A stretch of 63,437 nt of DNA, the filler included, from Reclinomonas americana ATCC 50394 (lineage: Eukaryota): the NCBI GenBank assembly GCA_048213135.1. It is 16 parts of 16 records of this genome, joined end to end, with 100 filler letters (N's around TTAATTAATTAA, not from the genome) between each part and the next. Parts side by side here need not be neighbours in the genome. Positions count along the whole stretch, not along the records: positions 49,443 to 50,779 come from AFZH01018469.1; positions 50,880 to 52,518 come from AFZH01018471.1; positions 52,619 to 58,884 come from AFZH01018472.1; positions 58,985 to 61,501 come from AFZH01018473.1; positions 61,602 to 63,437 come from AFZH01018478.1; 11 more parts are not named here. The stretch is one strand, 5' to 3'. The notes beneath the pieces are model-generated. The model made no database searches. It saw only the letters and a program-made list of their open reading frames with translations, and was not told the origin of the DNA. The number at the start of each line of letters is the position of its first letter. Within the stretch, counting starts at the first letter, position 1. Below are positions 49,529 to 63,025 of the stretch, one piece after another. The translations under genes were made by a program, and so were the position numbers.

Positions 49529-50631
49529 ATGTCCACCACTCCCTCTCCCCTCACTCTCCTCCCCTCCAAGCGCATCACGGGTCACACTTTTCTTGTGATG
49601 TGCGTCGCCATCACTCCCAATGGTGAGCACATCATCTCTGGGAGTGCAGACACGACAGTGCGCGTGTGGTCTCTGCGGACTGGGGCTGAGGTGCGACGAC
49701 TGGAGGGACACGCGCTTCAAGTGCACTCTGTCGCCGTGACTCCCAATGGCCAGCACATCGTGAGTGGCAGCTTCGACCGCACGTTGCGAGTGTGGTCACT
49801 GGAAAGTGGAGAAGAAGTGCGTCTGTTGAAGGGGCACGCTGAGGTAGTGCAATGTGTTGTCATCACTCCCGATGGGGAGCACGTTGTCAGCGGGAGTTGG
49901 GATGCGACAGTGCGTGTGTGGTCGCTGGCGTCGGGGCAGGAGGTACGACGAATGGAGGAGCACACCAGGGAAGTGAACTCTGTCGCCATCACGCCGGATG
50001 GTCTCTACGTCGTCAGCGGAAGCCATGACAAGACAGTGCGAGTGTGGTCAATGGAGACTGGCGCTGAAGTGCGCCGGTTTGAAGGACACAATAATTGGGT
50101 GCTGTCGGTTGCCATTACACTCGATAGTCAGCACATCGTGAGTTGCAGTCACGACGGGACCATGAGAGTGTGGTCAATGACGACTGGCAAGGAAGTACGA
50201 CGGTTTGAGGGACATACTCTTGACACGATTCGCATCTCCATCACCCCCGACGGTGAGCACGTTATGAGTGGAGGTAATTTAATCCGGTTGTGCGAGTGTG
50301 GTCACTGGCAAGTGGAAGAGAGGTGCTACAGCTTGAGGGACACACTGGAGGTGTGCGCGCTGTGGCCGTGACTCCCGATGGTTTGCATGTCGTGAGTGGT
50401 GGTTATGACAACACTTTGCGAGTGTGGTCCACTCCCTGCGGCCTCGCTGCGTTTGAGGTTGATACAGCACGAGCGGCGATGCGGGCTGTGCAGGAGATGC
50501 AGCGAGGAGCTGTCGTGGATGAAGAAGCAGATTCGCGGTGCCTGCCAGAGATGGTGCTGCGGTGCTTCATTGTGGAGGAAGCGACGGCTGTGCTGCACCG
50601 ACGCAGCATGGAACCGGAGTCGCACTTGTAA
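49529..50631 (+). pseudogene. WD40 array copy 7, frameshift near 50280
   Basis: The repeat-6 loop ggaggtaatttaatccggtt is 4 nt shorter than in other copies, splitting the product over two ORFs. Confidence 0.75.
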
Positions 50632-51595
50632 AAATGGGAGGGGCGAGAGAGACAGAGCGTTTTTTTTGTGTGTGTGTGTTCTTGTTTTGTTGTTTCGTGT
50701 TTTTTTGTGATGACCCAAAGTGAACGAGTTGTGTCTGCTCGCTGAACCAGGCAGGCTGCTGTTGCGATACAGCTGTGTGNNNNNNNNNNNNNNNNNNNNN
50801 NNNNNNNNNNNNNNNNNNNNNNNTTAATTAATTAANNNNNNNNNNNNNNNNNNNNNNNNNNNNNNNNNNNNNNNNNNNNCCTTCTGTCTCTCGCAGTCTC
50901 TTCTCTCTCTCTCCCTTCTTTCTCTCTCTCTCTCTCTCTCTCTCAGTCTGTGTCTCTCTCTCCCGTCTCTCTCCCTTCTCTGTCACTCTGTGCCTGCTCT
51001 CCTCTGAGTTGTCGCCCTTTCTCCCTCATTCTTCGCACTCCCTTCTTCTCTTCTCTCTCAGTCTGTGCCTGCTCTCTTCTGTTATGTCGCCCACTCCTCG
51101 TCTGTCTCTTATCTGGAGAGGAGAAGCAACAAGAGACCTCTGTCTCTCATTGCCTCCCGTTGCTCTCTCTCTCTCTCTCTTCCCAGCGTCTCGCTGCCTC
51201 CTTCCTGCTCAACTCTGTTCTTTCCCGCGTTTCATCACTCTCTTATCGCGCTCTCCTCCTCTTTCTGACTTCCTTCCGCTTCGTACTCGTCCTTTGCATC
51301 CATTCTCTTGTTGTTCTCTCTCTCCCTCTCTCCATGTCGTCTCCATTCTCTGTCTTCGTTCTGCCCCCTTGCTTCCTGTCTCTTCTCTGTCTTGCTTCTC
51401 TTTTCTAGTTTCATCACTTTCTTGTCGCGCTCTCTGACTTACTTCCGCTTCGTACTCCTCCTTGCCCTCTGCTCTCCATCCTCTTCTCTACCTCTTCTCT
51501 TTTCTGTCTCTCCTCTGTTCACGTCCTCTTTCTTCTCCCCTGGTTCTTCTCCTTTCTGCCACCCTTCTCTAATGTAGTCTTCCGCTCACCCACAG

Positions 51596-52236
51596 TACAA
51601 CTCATGGGAGCGCGTCGTCCGCGAGGTACGTCACTCTCCTCCGACAGCCCACCCTCTGCCTCGCACCTCACTCTCCTATCAGGTCGGCAAGCTGTGGGAG
51701 GAAGTCGTGCAGAAGCGCGACGCCTTTGTGGACAGCGGCCAGCCAGCGTCTTCCGACGACGACGATGACGACGACGACGAGTACGAGAGGAAGATGCGCG
51801 CGGTGCCCAACCCGTTCAGTGCGCTGGCCACCACGTGCTTGGTGAGCGACGACGGCAAAACGCCGCAGCCGCCGGCGCAGTTGAGTCCGAGAGAGGAGAA
51901 GGCGCAGTTGGACAAGGAGCTGCGGCAGATTGAGCAGCGGTTCCGCATTGGCTTGGCGCAGGTGCGTGCGTGGGTGCGCGCGACTTTGTGCGCAGGAGTC
52001 TCACTCTTTGTTTGCGAGTAGATTACAGGTGCGCTTGGCAATGGAGACTGGGTTCGTCACTCGTTGCTCTTTCGCGATATGTGCGCGGCGTTGCTCACTC
52101 GCTTCTCTCGCTACAGTTGCAGTCCGTTGGCTTCCGTGATCCGCTGGACGAATTCCAGTACCTTGAGCGATGCCACAGCATGCTCACTCAGCAGTGGGCA
52201 CGCACGACGCGCGCGTTCGAGCGGCCAGTTGCGTGA
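51596..52236 (+). CDS. Hypothetical protein, 3' exons
   Basis: Coding-like exons bounded by GT/AG (VGKLWEEVVQKRD...ELRQIEQRFRIGLAQ; LQSVGFRDPLDEFQYLERCH). No family recognised. Confidence 0.5.
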
Positions 52237-53254
52237 AGCAGGAGCTGGGAAGGATGGGTGTCTTTCCCCCTTCAGCTGCTTCTTCTCTCTCTCTGTAGAT
52301 CACGCTGATATTCTGTTGGCTTACACTTGACTCACTCACTCTCCCTCTCTCGCGCTCCCCACTCGCTCCCCCTCTCGCTCCCCACTCGCTCCCCCTCTCG
52401 CTCCTCCCAATCGCTCTCCCTCTCTCGCTCTCCCCCGCTTGCTCTCTCCCACTTGCTCTCCGCCACTCGCTCCTCCCTCTCGTCTCTCCTCTCGCTTCCC
52501 CCACTCGCTCTCCCCCTCNNNNNNNNNNNNNNNNNNNNNNNNNNNNNNNNNNNNNNNNNNNNTTAATTAATTAANNNNNNNNNNNNNNNNNNNNNNNNNN
52601 NNNNNNNNNNNNNNNNNNCGCTCTCCCCCACTCGCTCCCCCACTCGCTCCCCCACTCTCGCTTTCCCACTCTCGCTCTTTCTCTCTCGCTCTCCCCATCC
52701 TGTCTCTCCTCTCGCTTGCCCACTCTCGCTCCCCCCACTCGCTCTTTCCCTCTCCCGCTCCTTCTCTCCTGCTCCCTCCCCTCCCTTTCTCATCTCCTCT
52801 TCTTATGAGCAGACACCCGAAAGATCCGAGTTGCTGCAAGACTCGCTGCTGGCCCTCTCCGACACCATCTCCGCGCTGAGGGAGTGCGCCCTCTCATGAA
52901 CAGTCGTCTCAACAAAAGGGCGACGTTGTATAAAGGTACCTCGTGAGTGACAGTTTCGCGCGTTTGCATCTCTTCCTCTGGATCAGCGAGTGGAATCGTG
53001 GCACCAGACGAAAATGGAGGCTTTGGCCGTCTTTTCTTGGCCATCGATGATATCCAAGTGTCCAGCAGGAGGGCACGAGGAAAAGGGGCAAAGGCGGCGA
53101 TCGCCCACGCAGTCGCATAAGCGCCCCACTGGCCAGCCTCGCAGCGGACCAAGGTTCATGAACGAATGCAAGCCCTGGAGGCAACGGGGACCAGTGAGGT
53201 TGGTGAAGGGAGATTCAAATTCCGATGAGGTTTGTTGGTTGAAGACCGGCGATG

Positions 53255-53345
53255 AGACAAGTGTCCACAAATCCCTTGCCGATAATGACCGAGGTACCAG
53301 GCACAAACAACCATAATCCTCCAAACAGTCATCTTCCCTTCAGGA
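53255..53345 (-). repeat. Dispersed element, copy D (diverged)
   Basis: tgtccacaaatcccttgccga...aacagtcatcttccctt is the reverse complement of the core of copies A and C. Confidence 0.75.
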
Positions 53346-53559
53346 TTATTGCCGACGTCGATCGCAGTGCTCGACAAGTTCGAAGCTCCGATTCGCAAGC
53401 AACCTGCTGTAGCCATCAAGAGTGGCGTTTAAGCTATGGTTGTACCTCATCTACAAGGCAGCTGCGTGCTTGCTTGGTGCAAGGACGGAGGGCTCACGAA
53501 GTCAGTCATAAGTCCTCGTGGGACACCTCTTTCCTCCGTCCCTTTTGTTGTGCGCACAC

Positions 53560-56500
53560 ATGGGCAACAAAGACTCCAAAGACGGCACTGGAGACGACGC
53601 CCAATCGCCCTCCTCCACTGCATCCACACCAAAACCAGATGCGCGGGCCTCTGAAGTCGCATCTGATGCATTTCGCGAGGTACATAGTCACACAGAGACA
53701 GACAGACAGACACTGAGAGAAAGAGAGAGCCTTCGTCAACGAGTTTGCCATGTTGATTAACTCAATCATGCATGCATTGTGTGTCATGATTGATCGTTTT
53801 ATTGTATTTTTATTGATTGGTTGTGAAGCAACCGGAGTGGGCGCGAGTGAAGCTCAAGAAGGCTTCAGTGGAGGCTGCTGCGTCCGAGTCACCTCCGACT
53901 ACGCCTGTGTCGCCTTCTGCTGCGGAGGGATTGGATCCGGCAGTGGTGAGAACAGTGGGAGAGTTGTTCCGATTGCTTACAGACAGTCTCTTCGCTCCCT
54001 CTTCTCTACTGTAGCTCACTCTGTCTGTGTATCACCTGCTTGCTTGCCTGCCTTCCTTGCTCATTGCTCTCTCAGTCTGTCTCTTCTCTTCTTTCAGTAT
54101 GCTTTGTGGCGCTTCCCCTCCTTTTCCCTCCTGGCATTCTGTGTCAGTCTCCACTGCAGCTCCTTCTCTGTGTAACATCTACCTGCATGTCTGCTTGATT
54201 GTCTGCCTTCCTTGCGCATTGCCCGCTGGCTGTCTCTCCCAGTCTGTCTCTTCTGTACTCTCAGTCTGCTTTGTGTCGCTTCCACTCGCTTTCTCCCTCC
54301 TGACATTCTGTGTCAGTCACCTCTACAGCTCACTCTGTCAGTGTCATCTGCCTGCATGCTTGTTTGCGTGCCTTCATTTCTCATTGCCCTCTGACTGTCT
54401 CTCTCAGTCTGTCTGTATGTCTCTTCACACTCTCTCGCCTCTTCTGCAGCACTCTGCCTGTGTAACGTCTGCCTGCATGCTTTCTTGATTGCCTTCCTTG
54501 TCTCTTGGCCACGCGCGCGCTGTTTGGCTCTCATACACACTCATTGGCTTTGTCTATCGTTCTCGCCTTTCCTGCATGCATGCATTCCTCGTCTTCCTCG
54601 TCTCCCTCCTCTCCTCCTCTCTCTCTCTCTCCCTCCCTCTCTCCCCCTCTCTCTCCCTCCCTCCCTTCCCCACCCCCTTCCTACCCCTCACCTCGCCTTC
54701 CTCCTCAGTGGGACGAGATCCGCGCCAAGGCCGTACCCGGTGCGCTTGCGCCTGTGCCCATCGACGCCGACGAGAAGCGCAAGGAGAACATTGCCGCGAT
54801 CAAGAAGGAAATGGTTTCCGTCTCCCTGCGCGCTCTCTCAACGAAGACCACTGTGCACTCACTCGCCACATCGTCGCAGCTCATGGGCAAACTGACCAAG
54901 GAGGGCAAGCCCAATGATCTGGCTGCGGAGATTGCGATGCGAGCCCGTGGCCGCGGTCTCGGTGACGATCTCGACGAGGAGACAGGTGAGCATTTGACGG
55001 GAGTGCTTGTTGCAAAGTGCCAAGCACTGGCGCTTCCATTGTTCTTCTCTCCTTCCACTCTTTTTGTGCTTCCATTTCATCTCACTTCAATCCACTGTCT
55101 CGATTCCCACTCAAACCCTTGCCCGCCAGCGTGTTTCCACCAACTAACCCGTCCTCTTTACTCTCCTACCTTCTCCTCGTCTCCATTTATTTCCGTCTTC
55201 TTCCTGTCCCATCAAGTCCCTCGCCTTCTCTCCTCCCAAGTCCCCTTGTGCTCTATTTCTACTTCACTCACACCCCCGTTCTCCCTTCCCCTCCACAAAG
55301 CCCGACTGAACAAGCGACACGCTGGCCGCCTCGACAAGCTGGTCGGCCGACTGGACCTCGGCGGTCCGCGTACTCCCAGTTGCGTTCACTCGCGCCGCGA
55401 GCATGTCTTCCATCGCTGACTCGCATGATTCTGCAGGCGATCGCGATAGCGGCGCGTCGATGTCACCAGGTTCACTCTTTGCGTCTTCCCTGTGGATAAG
55501 TGGGTTCCTTACATTTTTTGCTGCGCAGGCGACCGCGACAGCACGCCGACTCCGGCCTCACCAGGTGCGCACTCAATGTGTCAAGTCCTCGAAGTTAACG
55601 TCACTGACTCCTGTTCTTCTCCGTTAGACGCTGGCTCGCAATCATTCTCCGGTACGCGCCACTGCTCTGCCTGATGAGTTCTGAGCTTCTGCTGACTCTC
55701 CTCGACTGTAGAAGCCATCGCTGCTGCCGATGCAGACGCCACAATCGATGACGTGTCGCCGGCGCCGGCAATCGATTCACCATCACCTGCTGCCGTGGAG
55801 GTGATGGAGCAGGCTGCCGCGATCAGCGTCGCTGAAGCATCGCCTGTTCCGTCTGTTGTTGCTGCACCCGCGGCTGTTCCTGGTGTTGCAGTGGCTGCTG
55901 CCTCTGCTGTCGAGGAGGTTGCTGCACCGGTTGTGCATGCTCCAGTCGCGGTAGCCGCTGCCGAGGAGGATGTTCCTCCGCCCGTTGCCGTCGCTCCCGT
56001 TGTCGTTGTTGCCGCCGCTCCTCCTGTTGTCGAAGTGATGGCAGTCGCTGCAGTGGTCGTCGCCGCCGACGCTTCTCCTGTGGTCGTCGCCCAGGAGGCC
56101 GCTCCTGTAGTCGTTGCCGCCGTGGCTGCTCATGTAGTCGTTGCCGCCGCGGCTGCTCCTGCGGTCGTCGCCGCCGAGGCTGCTCCTGCGGTCGTCGCCG
56201 CCGAGGCTGCTCCTGCGGTCATCGCCGCCGTGGCTGCTCCTGTGGTCGTTGCCGCCGAGGCTGCCCCGGTGGTTGTCGCCGCCGTGGCTGCTCCGGTGGT
56301 CGTCGAGGCTGCTCCTGCGGTCGTCGTCGCCGAGGCTGCTCCTGTGGACGTCGAGGCTGCTCCTGTGGTCGTCGAGGCTGCTCCTGTGGTCGTCGACGCC
56401 GAGGCTGCTCATGTGGTCGCCGTCGCCGAGGAGGTCGCTGCAGTGAATGTTCCACTCGCTGCAGTCGACAACGTTGCTGTATATGTGGCTCCGGTCGCCG

Positions 56501-56679
56501 AGAGCGATTCCCAACAATTCAGCGTCGAGTCCGTGCCTGCTGCGGTGTGTTTGACATTTTCTCTCTTCTCCATACTCCGTCCTGGCAACTCAATCCTTTT
56601 CTTCTCTTTATAGGCTGTGCTTGGCGCCGTTGGCCTGGACGCCGACCAATCCGACTCGACCGCCATCGCCTCTGTGTAA
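53560..56679 (+). CDS. Hypothetical multi-exon protein with MG N-terminus and Ala/Val/Pro/Glu repeat region
   Basis: Starts MGNKDSK; contains PEWARVKLKK and (VVVAAEAAP)n at ~55750-56540; last exon ends AIASV*. Confidence 0.6.
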
Positions 56680-56853
56680 CCACATCAATCCCCACGCCCA
56701 AAAACATGCCGTAAACACCAAATTCTGCACTTCATCGTTCTACACGCAAGGAGGGCGAAGGGGAGGAGAGAGACAGACTCACAGAGAGAGAGAGAGAGAG
56801 AGAGAGGACAAAAAAGAATGTACAAACACGCACACGAATACACGCCTCCCGGT

Positions 56854-59800
56854 TCACCAAAAATCACTAAAGCCCTGCGATGACGGCTGCTGCTGCTGCT
56901 GCGGTGGCTTTGGCAGGCCCATCGAGAACAAATCGTCTTGTGGCGGCGGGGCCGGCATGCCAAATGGATCGTCGTCCATTATTGAGGGAACAGGTGCCGG
57001 TCGCTGCGGGACCGGCTGCTGCATCGGCGCTGGAGCGGGAGCAGCGACTGCTGCAGCAGCGGGACGACCGCCACCAAAGAAGAAATCGTCGTCGTCCAAC
57101 ATGGACGCGGCGGCTGCCGGCTTGGGCGCAGCAGCGGCTGCGGCGGCCGCTGGCGGCGCGCCAAACGCATCAAAGAAGCTGCCACGAGTGTTCATCGGCT
57201 GCTTGACCGGGGCGGGTGCAGCAGGCGCGGCGGCAGGAGCGGCAAAGCCACCGAGGAAGCTGGCGCTGACCGACACGGGCTTGGACTGCGGCGCACCGAG
57301 GAAGTCGCTCATGATCGAGGACGACGAAGATGACATTTGCGACGGCGCGGGAGAACGAGACGGCTGCGGCGGTGGCGGTGTCTTGGTGGGCTGCGGTGCG
57401 GCGGCCGGTGGCGGCGTCTTGGTCGCTTGCGGTGCAGCGGCCGGCGGCGGTGTCCTGGTCGGCTGAGGTGCGGCGGCCGGCGGTGGTGTCTTGGTTGGCT
57501 GCGGCGGAGCTGCAGCTGCAGCAGCAGGCGCAGCGGCGGAAGGCGGGGCAGTCACGGTGACGGCTGCAGCCGGCGGAGGTGAAGGTGTGCGAGGTGGCGG
57601 TGGGGCGGCTGGCGCGAACATGTCGTCCCATGGTCTGCGACGAGGGGGGGGTAAGCATGAGCAGGAGAAACAACACGACAGTGAATGTGGGTGGGCATGT
57701 GTCACGCAACTCGGAGACCTCGTCGGTGGGCGGCTGGAACTGGAAGCCGCCGACCACAGGCTGCGTGACGGTCGCCATTTCGCCGAGGAGGTCTGGAGAA
57801 GGGGTAGATGATGATGATGAGGAGAAGGGGGGAAGAGAGTTGTTATCCCTCTCCCTTCACTACACACCTGCTTCTTGAGCTGGATGGAAACTGGCGTGGA
57901 TCTTCTGGAACGGCTTGCCTTCCAACTCTGCACACAGCGAAAGCAATCAGCCCTTGCCAACAAGAAAGAAACCAACTTCTGGTACGAAGAACGCACCCAG
58001 CAACTGCGTGTGACCACCGCCGGCCTCCGCGAGTGTGATGCCGTAGCCGAGCGTGCGAATAATGTTCGTAATGTTGCCGGCGTTCAGCGGCACCAGTTGG
58101 TCGGCTCCCCACACCAAGAATTCACCGGCGACTGCGCGACACACGAAACTGTGTGAGCAACGTCCAGATTGAGGGAGGAGGGAAAGCACGCCACACTCAC
58201 CGTCCGTGGTCTCCACAGCGCCCACGTTGCGCACAGCACCAATGGCATCGTGCAGCACCTCCACGTCGTCGCTGTAGGTGAGAGTGATGAGCTTGTCAAC
58301 ACCAAAGACATTAGAAAGCAAACGTCGACGCACTGTGAATTGACTCCCGACAGAACCAATCGCAGATCGCACGGTCCGCGGTTGTCGTCCTGATTGTGCA
58401 AGTGCACCTCGGCGGCGAATGCGCCGTCCTCCGCGCGCTGTCCGGTCACTGGTAGAGGTAAGGGAGAGTAAGTGGATTGCTTGCGAGACAACACAATGAT
58501 ACACGAGGGAGAGGACTCACCCGTGGGCGTGAACCCCAAGCTACGGATCAGCATCACCAGCGGCTCGGACGTGGGCATATCCCGACCCTTGGCCACCACG
58601 TGCACTCGGTGTTCCTTGTCGCCATGCTGCGCAATCGACACACTGTCGACGCCCGTCATGGCGCCGAGTGCCATCTCCAGGCGCTGGACGTTTTGCCTGC
58701 AGGAGAATGAACGTCAGCAGAGGGAAGGGGTGAGAGGGAGATAAAGGGGGAGGGAAGAGGGAGAGGAGAGGAGAGGAGGAGGGGAAGGGAAGGGAAGGGG
58801 ATTAGAAGGGGAGGGAGAGAAGGGTGAAGGGAGAAGAGAGGAGAGGAGAGAGGAAGGGGGAGAGGGAGAGGAGAGGAAGAGGAGNNNNNNNNNNNNNNNN
58901 NNNNNNNNNNNNNNNNNNNNNNNNNNNNTTAATTAATTAANNNNNNNNNNNNNNNNNNNNNNNNNNNNNNNNNNNNNNNNNNNNAGAAGAGAGGAGAGGC
59001 AAGAGGAGAGAGAGGAGAGGAGAGGAGAAGATGCGAGAGGAAGAGGGAGGGAGAGGGAGAGGGAGAGGGAGAAGGAATAGACAGAGGTAGGAGACAGAGG
59101 GAAGAGAGAGATGGAGAGGAGAGGAGAGGAGAGGGGGAGGGAGATAAAGAGGGAGAGGAGAAGATGCAAGATGAGAAGAGAGAATAAGAGGAGATGAAAA
59201 GACAACAGAAGAGACGAGAAATAAGAAAAAAGGAGAGGAGAGTAGACGACAACGTCGATACAGGGTTTAAGAACGAGCACGCAGAAGTTGAGAGGGAGTG
59301 GAGACACAGCAAGGGAACTCGCGGTAACGAGGTCAACGACAACAACAATCAATGGTGCCAGTACAAACCTGGACTTCACACCAGTCACCACAATGTCGTG
59401 CTCCACAATCCTCGGCACGTGCGACTCCTTAGTGTCTGCACCACGAGTGGAGGTGAGAACCCAACTGCGTCGCAGCTCCGACAGCCGTTCACACGACTCA
59501 CCAATCAATTTGACATCGTCGAATCCCTTGCTGCGAATGGCGGCCATCACTTGCTCCGGGTCCCAAGTGAACTTGTGTGCACACAGCGAAACCGTGTGCA
59601 AATCCTCCGACGCGCTGACCTTGCGCACGCCCGGCAGCACACGCACGGCATCGACGACGTTCTTGGCGGCGCGCCTGGGGGGGAAGGAAGATGAGAAGGA
59701 GGAATGAAGGTAAGGAAAACGGACTGCAAAGACGATCTGGAGGTGCGAAGGTTACAAAGAGAGATAAAGAGGGAGGGAAAGTGGGATTGAGAAAAGAGCC

Positions 59801-61440
59801 ACGCGCGACGATTCAACACAGAGAGAGAGAGAGAGAAAGTAAAAGAGAGATGTTGCGCAGAGGCAGGAGTAGGCAAAGGACTATCGCGTGACGAAGCGAT
59901 ACGTATGGCAAACAAAATGATCCGTCGCGACAACCCCATGCATCAAAAAAGTGAGAAAGAACAAGCTGATAATGATTAGAGGACTGAGAAGAAAAGTGAG
60001 GACGTGGAGAAAAAACAAGGAAGACCTCAGCAGTTACTTCGCGTTACTCGGATGACAGATACCCACATACATCAAAGAGGTGAGAAAGAAGAAGATGATG
60101 ATAATGATGAAGAAGAGAAGGGAAGAAGAGCAACTCTCTTTCTCTTCAAGAAAAGAGAAGCACTCTCTTAAGGTGTGAAAAGAACAAGCAGAAAATGATT
60201 CGAGGATGGAGAAGCAACGTGAGGACGTGGAGAAGAACAAGGACCAACGCATGACGAACAGTAAACTACTTGTCTCGGTTCTCGGATGACATCGACAGAT
60301 ACCCCTTGTCTCTCCACCACGCCCTTCCCCAAACCCTTCCCCACTGTCACCCGCCACGCAACTTGGTCTTCAACCCAGCCACCAAGAACACATGATGCAC
60401 TTCGTCCTCGCCCGGCGTAAACTCCGCCTGCTGCTGCAGCTGTGCAACAGTGGCCGCCGACAATGTCGACGACGATGAAGAGGAGGAAGGAGGCGCACCA
60501 CCACCACTCGTCCCCTGCGCATGCGGCTTCTCAGAGGGCGCATCGTCGTGCTTGTCTTTCTTGAACGTGTCGTTGAACTTGTTCTTCAGCTTGGAGAACA
60601 GCGACTTGGTGCCCTGCATTGGTGGGCGCGTGAGCGAGGCGCTCCATCTCAACCGCCGCTTCCTTCAACCACGACAAACCTTGCCAAACGCCTTCATCTT
60701 GTCCTTCATCTTCTCACCGAATCCCTTCCTGTCGCCCTCGTTAATGTCCTCCGCATACTCCTCCTCGTGCACGACTGGCGCAGAAGGACCACCCCTGGTG
60801 GCCGGCTGCTGCTGCTGCTCGAGGGTGGAGAAGAGGCGGGAGTTGCCTGTGCCAGGTCGAGTGAGTGAGAGGGAAGGACAACGAATGAAGCGAGAGTAGA
60901 TGCGAGATCTCACCAGCAGGCTTGCCACCACTCGGCGGAGCGGGTGCTTGCGGTGGTCGCGACCCAGCTTGCGATGGCGACGTTCCGAGCGCTGAAAACA
61001 GCTTGCTGTTCCCTGTATTTGCTGTGCGAGTGAGCACGCAACACACACGTCGCTGGCCAAAAACAACACGCAACTGCTCCCGGAAGCAGCCGACGATGAA
61101 CCCTGTCAAATATGCACGAAGGTGAGACACACAGCAATGGCAAGATAACCTTGCTTCCTCCATCCCCCCTCACCTGTGCCTGACCACTACCACCGGCCGC
61201 CGCGCGCAGCTCCGACGCCTTCTCCGACAACTGACGCGCAATGCGCTCAAACAGGCCCTCCGGTGCTCCACTCGAGTGCCGATCCACACGCTCACGAATC
61301 CACACCTCAAACATTTGCATGTCGCTAAAGTGCGACAGGAACTGCGCACAAGTGCCGAGTCAAAATCACTCAGGGCGTCATTATGAGCACCCTTCACGAC
61401 AAGCAGCGCACCTGCCGTCCAGGCTCCAACTGCGAGCTAA
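56854..61440 (-). CDS. Multi-exon protein: TPR-like segment, three degenerate HMA-like domains, Pro/Ala-rich tail with DPF/FxDF motifs; spans a linker
   Basis: GAHNDALSDFDSAL; HVFLVAGLKTKRAAKNVVDAVRVLPGVRKV...VMAAIRSKGF; LEMALGAMTGVDSV...LIRSLGF; LHDAIGAVRNVGAV...IIRTLGY; tail DDPFG...GFSDFW*. Continuity across the linker is inferred. Confidence 0.6.
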
Positions 61441-61601
61441 TAAGCTGGTCCACATCCAAGCGAAGAGCGCCCGACTGCGCTTTGCTAAAGTACAATTGGT
61501 ANNNNNNNNNNNNNNNNNNNNNNNNNNNNNNNNNNNNNNNNNNNNTTAATTAATTAANNNNNNNNNNNNNNNNNNNNNNNNNNNNNNNNNNNNNNNNNNN
61601 N

Positions 61602-61644
<43 letters not shown>

Positions 61645-61693
61645 CGCAACAGAGCATGCCCGATATGTACTTTGACGCCATTTGTGAAAGGAA

Positions 61694-61892
61694 AAGTGAT
61701 TGAGGGTTACGGAGTGCAATTACGCTGGCCTACGGTGACCCTGTCACACAAAGCAAAAGCAGCGCAGGCCACACGAGTCACATAAGCGTGTCACTGATCG
61801 CGCGTGTCAACGAAGTGCATGCCAGCGGAAGAGGGAAGCAAAGTGATTGAGGGTTACGGAGTGCAATTACGCCGGCCTGCGGTGACCCTATC
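61694..61892 (+). repeat. ~50-bp direct repeat, two copies
   Basis: aaagtgattgagggttacggagtgcaattacgc.ggcct.cggtgaccct at ~61694 and ~61840. Confidence 0.85.
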
Positions 61893-62639
61893 ACGTAACG
61901 AAAAAAAGAAAGAAAAGCACACACAAAAGCGCATGCAACGCACAACAAGCGCGTTACTAATCGCGCGTGCCAGTGGTATGTGCTGCACATAATAGAAAAG
62001 CAACAAACATGAAAAAACAAAGTCATACTCATCTTTTTCTCTTTCTTTGTGTGTTTTGTTTGTCAGTGTGGTCTTGTGTTGTGCTTTTGCGGCGACAGGG
62101 GTTCGCGTCGACATCGACTCTCCAGCATCCGTTTAACGATGGGAGTGTCGGCAATGTGCATTTGCTGATTGAGGGTGGGCAGTGGGGACAGGCGATGCAT
62201 GTGTTGCGCGAGGCGGATGTTGCGTCGGTGGAGAAGCGGGGGAAAAGGCATGGAGAAGAGAGGGGAATGGCATGGAGAAGGTGGGAGTTGGGTGAGAGGG
62301 TGGAAGAGGAACAGAAGGAAGCAGAAGAAGGGGCGGGGTGTATGGGGGGAATGGGATGGAGAAGAGAGGGGAATGGGATGGAGAAGAAGAAGGGAGCTGG
62401 GTGATATGGGGAGTGGAGAGGAGGAACAACAGGAAGCAGAAGGAGGGGCGGGGTGTATGGGGGGAAATAGGCATTAGAAGGAGAAGGGAGCTGGGTGATA
62501 TGGGGAGTGGAGAGGAGGAACAGCAGGAAGCGGAAGGAGGGGCGGGGTGTATGGGGAAAGGCATGGAGAAGAGAGGGGTGAATGAGGGGAATGGGATGGA
62601 GAAGGAGAAGGGAGCACCGGTCATCCATTGCATGAAGCC

Positions 62640-63025
62640 TTCCTCTCTCTCTTCTCTCGTCTCTCTTCTCTTGTCTCTCTTCCCTGTCTCTCTTCTCTCA
62701 TCTCTTGTCTCTCGTCTCTCGTCTCTCGTCTCTCGCCTCTCGTCTCTCTTCTTTCGTCTCTCCTCTCTCCTCTCTCGTCTCTCGTCTCTCGTCTCTTGTC
62801 TCTCGTCTCTTGTCTGTCGTCTCTTATCTCTCTTCTCTTGTCTCTCGTCTCGTCTCTCGTCTCTCTTCTCTTGTCTCTCTTCCCTGTCTCTCTTCTCTCA
62901 TCTCTTGTCTCTCGTCTCTCGTTTCTCGTCTCTCGTTCCTCGTCTCTCGTCTCTCGTCTCTCGTTTCTCGTCTCTCGTTTCTCGTCCCTCTCTCTCTTGT
63001 CTCGTGTCTCTCTCCTCTCGTCTCT
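62640..63025. repeat. (CTCGTCT)n-type simple repeat
   Basis: Directly visible. Confidence 0.85.

Noticed and set aside
55783..56517. Minus-strand DDHRSSLG repeat ORF
   Set aside because: It is the antisense shadow of the plus-strand Ala/Val exon, which has splice signals.
62030..62240. Possible terminal exon on the minus strand
   Set aside because: The frame is ambiguous and no product is recognisable.
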